Origin: a virus
UHGV virus genome: UHGV-1420800
Strand: one strand, 5' to 3'
Length of the DNA: 24,301 nucleotides
The notes under the pieces were generated by a model, which saw nothing but the letters and a program-made list of their open reading frames with translations, was not told the origin of the DNA and did no database searches. The position numbers and the translations under genes are program-made. Of the stretch, positions 19,422-24,301 are shown piece after piece (the first letter of the stretch is position 1; every line of letters begins with the position of its first letter).

Positions 19422-20753
19422 ATGGCTACTTGGCAAGGATCAAATGGCGGATTGTTAGCTGGTATCGGCGGCGTCAACTCAAACGCTCCGAGCGTAAATG
19501 ACATCGGCAATACGCTTCAGCTTATCAGGCAGAACAATGATATTGAGCGTTCAGGCGCTAACAATGTTGGGCTTACTGCTTTGCAAGGCCTTTCAGGCAT
19601 TGCAGGGGTGTTTCAGCAGGAAAAGCAGGCTCAGCGGCAGAAAGAATTTCAGCAGGCGTACGCTAATGCTTATGCGTCTGGTGATCGCGGTGCTTTGCGT
19701 CAGTTGGCTACTCAATATCCAGACCAGATTGAATCCGTCCGTAAAGGCATGGGGTTCATTGATGAAGACCAGCGTAATTCTATCGGCACCTTAGCGGCTG
19801 GCGCACGCCTTGCGTCATCGTCTCCAGAAGCAATGCAATCATGGCTGCAAAACAACGCCGGTGAGTTAGCTCGTGTTGGCGTTAATCCTCAGGACGTCGC
19901 TCAGATGTACCAACAGAACCCGCGGCAGTTCGGCGAATTTGTCGATCACCTGGGGATGAACAGTCTCGGACCCGAAAAATACTTTGACCTACAGGATAAA
20001 ATGCAGGGTCGCCAGGTTACCATGCGCGGTCAGGATCTGGATTCGCAAACCGCCGCTCGGAATCAGGCAATCACAATGCGCGGGCAAGATATCCAGGCGA
20101 ATTTAGGTCAGCAGCGCATTAATCTGGACGCAGAAACAAACCGCATTAACAACGAAAATAAGCGCCTTGACCGGATGCTATCAGCAGAAACTAACGACCT
20201 GAAGCGCCAGGAAATACAGAGCCGCATAGCAGCCAACAACCAGCAGTTGCAGCAGAAGCAGCAAGCGCTAAATGATGGCTACAAAGACGGCATCAACACC
20301 CTCACAACCAGCATGTTCACTCTGAACGATATCGTTAGTTCTCCTTCACTTAAGAGCATTACAGGCTTACGTGGAGTAATCCCCAACGTTCCAGGCTCAC
20401 AGGCTGCAGACACTCAGGCACGACTTGATACCTTTAAATCCCAAGCATACCTGACAGCGGTTCAGGCCATGCGAGGCATGGGCGCACTTTCTGATGCCGA
20501 GGGCAAAAAGCTCGACCAGGCTGTTGGTTCGCTGCAGAACTCGCAGAGCGAGGAGTCCTTTCGTCGCAACGCTGGCGTCATCCTGAACACGCTCAACCAG
20601 AAGCGTAATGAGGCGGTTGGTAAGTACGTTCAGCAAAACGGTATCAAGCGAGTGGAAGCGCCTCAGGCTTCTATAGATTACCTGAAGCAACACCCCGAGC
20701 TGTCAATCGACTTCATTAATCGCTACGGATATCTTCCATCTTTGGGGCAGTAA
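19422..20753 (+). CDS. 20: Ejection protein gp20-like
   Basis: 443 aa, Q/N-rich, in the conserved 7-20-16 order; stop is adjacent to the start of the next gene. Confidence 0.85.
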   Translation: MATWQGSNGGLLAGIGGVNSNAPSVNDIGNTLQLIRQNNDIERSGANNVGLTALQGLSGIAGVFQQEKQAQRQKEFQQAYANAYASGDRGALRQLATQYPDQIESVRKGMGFIDEDQRNSIGTLAAGARLASSSPEAMQSWLQNNAGELARVGVNPQDVAQMYQQNPRQFGEFVDHLGMNSLGPEKYFDLQDKMQGRQVTMRGQDLDSQTAARNQAITMRGQDIQANLGQQRINLDAETNRINNENKRLDRMLSAETNDLKRQEIQSRIAANNQQLQQKQQALNDGYKDGINTLTTSMFTLNDIVSSPSLKSITGLRGVIPNVPGSQAADTQARLDTFKSQAYLTAVQAMRGMGALSDAEGKKLDQAVGSLQNSQSEESFRRNAGVILNTLNQKRNEAVGKYVQQNGIKRVEAPQASIDYLKQHPELSIDFINRYGYLPSLGQ

Positions 20754-23147
20754 ATGGCTAATTACCGTGATTTGTTAGAGCAGGCTGGCGCACGTTACGG
20801 TGTGCCAGAAGGGTTGATGACTGCACTGGGTGCCAAGGAGTCTTCTTACAACCCTGCCGCAGTAAGCTCCGCCGGGGCTGTAGGATTGACTCAGGTCATG
20901 CCTGGGACATGGCGTGATATGGGTTATACCGATGAGCAAATGCAAAACCCCGAATATCAGGCTGACGCTGGCGCGCGCTATCTGGCAAAGATGTACCAGC
21001 AGTTTGGTAACTGGCGTGACGCTCTTCAGGCTTATCACGACGGTCCCGGCAACGTTATGAAGGCAAAGCGTGGTGAATATACGCCAGGGCCTGAAGGCCG
21101 CGGTTACGTTGATGATCGCTTTGCTCAATGGGCGGGTGACCCGGTGACAGACTCAACAGTAGAACAGCGCGCCACCTCTGCAAAGGTACATCCTCAGCAA
21201 GACCCTAACAACCCGTTTGCACAACTGGAAGCACAGTCATCCGAACAAGTATCGGCATCAGGCGTGCAGTCAGACCCAAATAATCCATTTGCTCAGATTG
21301 AGCAGCAGGCAGCCAGTCAGCAGCCACCTCAACCCGTAAGTTCTGTCGCACCGAAACCTGTTCAGCAGCAAGGCGGAATAATGTCTGACCTTGGTAATGG
21401 ACTTGCTGAAACCGGGCGCGGCTTACTACAGGCAGGAATCAACGTAGCGAACATACCTGCTGAACTCACTGATGCTGTAACAAGCGCGGCGGCTTGGGCT
21501 GGCGGTAAACTCGGCATTGGCGATGGTACATATCAACCAGCACCACGAGTAACAACGCAGGGATTAGAGCAGGACTTTGGCCTTCAGCAAGGCGCGCTGA
21601 CTCCACAAACGACAGAGGGAAGGGTATTTGCTGAAGCATTGCCTTACCTCACTCCTGCTGGCGTTGAGAGAGCGGCAGCACAGGCACCAACACTTGCTGG
21701 TCGAATTGCTCAGGGGGCAACTCGCCTTCTCGCAGAAAACGCAGTTGGATCACTTGCTGCAAACAGTGCGAAAGATGATGCGGAAGCACTCGCCACCGAT
21801 TTAGGCGTTGGTGTGCTGGCTGGCGGTGCTATTAACGCTGCCGGACGTGGATTAGGTGCTGCTTATCGTGGTGTTCGTGGTTCGATAGCACCAGAAGCGC
21901 AACAGGCTATCAGATTTGCAGAACGTGAAGGAGTTCCTCTGCACACCACAGACCTGTTACAACCCATTTCCCGCGTCGGAAAAATGGCGCAGACGACAGC
22001 GGAAAATATCCCCCTGGCTGGCACAAGCGGAATGAGAGCAACGCAACAGGAAGCGAGAAGCCAGTTGGTGCAGAGATTTGCTGATAAATTCGGTGAGTAT
22101 GATCCAGCTGTTGTTATTGACAGCCTTAAAGCGAAAACATCAGGAATTCGTCGTGCTGCAGGGAACCGTCTTGAGCAGGTTCAGAATGCTATGGCGGGAA
22201 TAAACATTCAGCCTGCAAGAGCAATTCAGCAGATTGATACAGAAATATCTAACCTGCAGAAGCTTGGTAAGGTTGCTGATAACGAGACTATTTCAAAACT
22301 TCAGTCCTATCGTGATGAGCTTGTTCGCAATGCTGGTCCTGATGGTCCGGTAAATCTGGATTTGAAGCAATTAAGCGATCTGCGCAGCCAGTTCAGAATG
22401 GACGTGAAGGGGGAGCGACCAGTGTTACCAAACCGTTCCGATGCTGCCATTCAGCGCGTTTACAAGGCAATGACCGACGATATCAATGGTGCCATTGGTC
22501 AGAATCTTGGCAACGATACTCTCCGTAAATATCAGCAGGCCAATGCCGTCTACGCTGACGAAGCGGCGAAACTAAAGAATACCAGGCTGAAGAATGTTCT
22601 CATGAAAGGCGACCTGACGCCGGAAGTTGTCAACAACATGCTATTCAGCAAGAACAAATCGGAAATTAAGACGCTGTATAACTCAGTTGGTCGTGTTGGC
22701 AGGGCGCAAATGCGCAATGGCATCATTGGAAAGGCGATGGAGAAATCAGGTGGTTCCCCTGACCAGTTCCTTCGACAGCTTAACATCCTGCAAAACCAGA
22801 CTGGCATCACATTTAAAGGTCAGGAAGCCGCTTATCTGAAAGGATTGAAAAACTACCTGCAATCCACGCAGCAGGCTGCAAAAGCGGCAGTAACAACACC
22901 AACAGGGCAGCAAACCATCCCGTTCATTATCGGATATGGGACAGCAATGAACCCTGCGACAACTGGCGCAGCGGTAAGCTACGGACTTCTTACTCGCGCC
23001 TATGAGAGCGAGCCATTCAGAAATGCAATGCTCCGAATGGCAAACACCCCACGCGGATCAACAGCGTTCGAGAAAGCCATGCAGCAGGCACAAAAGGCCA
23101 TTAACGCCCTGACTCAGGGGGCTAAGTCTGATGCGCTGTCAGAATAG
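20754..23147 (+). CDS. 16: Ejection protein gp16-like with N-terminal soluble lytic transglycosylase (SLT) domain
   Basis: 797 aa. Residues about 20-100 carry the SLT signature ...AKESSYNPAAVSSAGAVGLTQVMPGTWRDMGY...YLAKMY...AYHDGPG (catalytic Glu in the ES motif). The rest is Ala/Gly/Gln-rich like E proteins. Confidence 0.8.
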   Translation: MANYRDLLEQAGARYGVPEGLMTALGAKESSYNPAAVSSAGAVGLTQVMPGTWRDMGYTDEQMQNPEYQADAGARYLAKMYQQFGNWRDALQAYHDGPGNVMKAKRGEYTPGPEGRGYVDDRFAQWAGDPVTDSTVEQRATSAKVHPQQDPNNPFAQLEAQSSEQVSASGVQSDPNNPFAQIEQQAASQQPPQPVSSVAPKPVQQQGGIMSDLGNGLAETGRGLLQAGINVANIPAELTDAVTSAAAWAGGKLGIGDGTYQPAPRVTTQGLEQDFGLQQGALTPQTTEGRVFAEALPYLTPAGVERAAAQAPTLAGRIAQGATRLLAENAVGSLAANSAKDDAEALATDLGVGVLAGGAINAAGRGLGAAYRGVRGSIAPEAQQAIRFAEREGVPLHTTDLLQPISRVGKMAQTTAENIPLAGTSGMRATQQEARSQLVQRFADKFGEYDPAVVIDSLKAKTSGIRRAAGNRLEQVQNAMAGINIQPARAIQQIDTEISNLQKLGKVADNETISKLQSYRDELVRNAGPDGPVNLDLKQLSDLRSQFRMDVKGERPVLPNRSDAAIQRVYKAMTDDINGAIGQNLGNDTLRKYQQANAVYADEAAKLKNTRLKNVLMKGDLTPEVVNNMLFSKNKSEIKTLYNSVGRVGRAQMRNGIIGKAMEKSGGSPDQFLRQLNILQNQTGITFKGQEAAYLKGLKNYLQSTQQAAKAAVTTPTGQQTIPFIIGYGTAMNPATTGAAVSYGLLTRAYESEPFRNAMLRMANTPRGSTAFEKAMQQAQKAINALTQGAKSDALSE

Positions 23148-23236
23148 CTTCGCAAACACCATGAACGTGCAAAAACCAAATATGTAGAACGCAATATTCA
23201 GCATATCTCTGTGCATAAATCCTCCGTAACGGATGG

Positions 23237-23497
23237 TTATCTGCTGTCTTTTTTATATAGCTTCTTGAGCGTATCAAAGACAATTTTCTTAACCATATCA
23301 GATTGTTGTTCTGCCATACGCTCTGCATCGTCAATGTAAACTGATGCAGAGCTTTGTTTATCCAATGATTCCTCAATCGCTGCAATTATCTCTGAGTTCA
23401 GCGACCTGTTATTCATCTTCGCACGCTGCTTAATTTTCGAGTGGAGTTCATGCGGAAGTCTCAAGTGAAACTGCGCCTCGTCGTATTTGCTGTACAT
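23237..23497 (-). CDS. mnt: Mnt-like repressor (Arc/MetJ ribbon-helix-helix family)
   Basis: Reverse-strand ORF; from Met12 (RBS AAGGA upstream) 86 aa: ...QFHLRLPHELHSKIKQRAKMNNRSLNSEII...DDAERMAEQQSDMVKKIVFDTLKKLYKK, closely resembling P22 Mnt (RHH N-terminus, C-terminal tetramerisation helix). Alternative start at 23530. Confidence 0.8.
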   Translation of the reverse strand: MYSKYDEAQFHLRLPHELHSKIKQRAKMNNRSLNSEIIAAIEESLDKQSSASVYIDDAERMAEQQSDMVKKIVFDTLKKLYKKDSR

Positions 23498-23618
23498 CCT
23501 TGATGCCTCACCAGTTGGGTGGAATGGCATCGTAACCTACTGGATAAATACTCAATAGTACCATTTCGGTATGCAATCACATCATGGTTGCATCATATCA
23601 TTCGTCTGGAGCAATGAA
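23498..23618. promoter_or_regulatory. Divergent control region between mnt and tailspike, containing inverted repeats (candidate operators)
   Basis: Inverted repeat ATGCAA-N11-TTGCAT at 23571-23593 and a shorter TACT-caat-AGTA at 23549-23560; AT-rich; must carry the leftward mnt promoter and any rightward tailspike promoter. Exact promoter elements not resolved. Confidence 0.4.
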
Positions 23619-24276
23619 ATGTCAGATATCACCGCAAATGTTGTGGTAAGCATGCCTTCGCAACTCTTCACTATGGCTCGTTCTTTTAAAGCCGTAGCCA
23701 ATGGCAAAATTTATATCGGTAAAATTGACACTGACCCGGTAAACCCTGAAAACCAGATTCAGGTTTATGTGGAGAACGAAGATGGTTCTCACGTTCCTGT
23801 TTCGCAACCAATCATCATTAACGCTGCTGGATATCCGGTATATAACGGACAGATTGCCAAGTTCGTAACTGTGCAAGGCCATTCTATGGCTGTTTATGAT
23901 GCGTACGGTGTGCAGCAGTTCTATTTTCCGAATGTGCTGAAGTACGACCCTGATCAATTTCGAAGTGAGCTGTCTGAAGAAGATGGTGCAACTAAAATTG
24001 GATACTTGGCCGGTACAGTAGCGGATAGTTTGTCATATTGGGCAACGCCAGAGCAATATGGAGCAATTGGAGATGGTGTAGCTGATGATACAGTGGCGGT
24101 GACTAATGCTATTATGACTGGAAGATGCCTCATGAAGAGAGGTTCCACATATCGTATGGTGATGAATGAGGAAAATGTCATCACTCCCCCAGCTGGTGCA
24201 TATATTGATTTTAACGGTGCTAGAATAACTCATGAGAAAACTGGGTACCTTGTTTTTCTTAACAAAAACCAAGACG
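23619..24276 (+). CDS. 9: Tailspike protein, 5' part (P22 gp9-type head-binding domain followed by a beta-helix/pectate-lyase-like receptor-binding domain); 3' end cut off by contig end
   Basis: ATG 23619 (GGAG 8 nt upstream): [43 protein letters not shown]...[10 protein letters not shown] matches the conserved P22-like tailspike N-terminal domain. Then ...[24 protein letters not shown]..., a motif typical of right-handed beta-helix glycanases. Frame is open to the adapter junction. Confidence 0.9.
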
Positions 24277-24301
24277 CTGTCTCTTATACACATCTCCGAG
24301 C
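24277..24301. other. Library adapter: Nextera/Tn5 mosaic end CTGTCTCTTATACACATCT plus CCGAGC (start of read-through adapter)
   Basis: Exact match to the Nextera transposase adapter, mirror image of the sequence at 11-44. Confidence 0.9.

Noticed and set aside
23148-23236. Possible bidirectional terminator between gp16 and mnt (hairpin TCCG-taa-CGGA with a T-run 12 nt downstream)
   Set aside because: Stem is only 4-6 bp with a bulge and the T-run is not adjacent; too weak to call as a feature.

Overview
The window is about 24.2 kb of a mosaic P22-like (short-tailed, pac-type) lambdoid phage or prophage right arm from an enterobacterial host, with Illumina Nextera/Tn5 adapter sequence at both termini (1-44 and 24277-24301). 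Everything is on the + strand except one leftward mnt-like repressor gene. Gene order: 3' end of a replication initiator, DnaB-like helicase, a tR2-like terminator, a lambda-type nin region (NinB, NinE, NinX-like, NinF, NinG/Rap, NinH, NinI phosphatase), a Q antiterminator of the phage-82/quuD type, a ~600 bp non-coding Q-S spacer, a lysis cassette almost identical to lambda S/R/Rz/Rz1, small unknown ORFs, then a P22-type morphogenetic block (gp3 with pac site, gp2, portal, scaffold, coat, gp4, gp10, tail needle, gp14-like, ejection proteins gp7/gp20/gp16), the mnt homolog, and the 5' part of a tailspike cut off by the contig end. No tRNA, rRNA, CRISPR array, integrase or transposase was found. 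The most notable points are: an ejection protein gp16 homolog carrying an N-terminal lytic-transglycosylase domain; a (GAGCCA)6 repeat ORF between coat and gp4; an mnt repressor with no arc/ant, sitting directly beside the tailspike; and tail needle and tailspike with non-P22 distal domains. All homology calls are from reading the translations and recalling protein families; no database search or computation was run.
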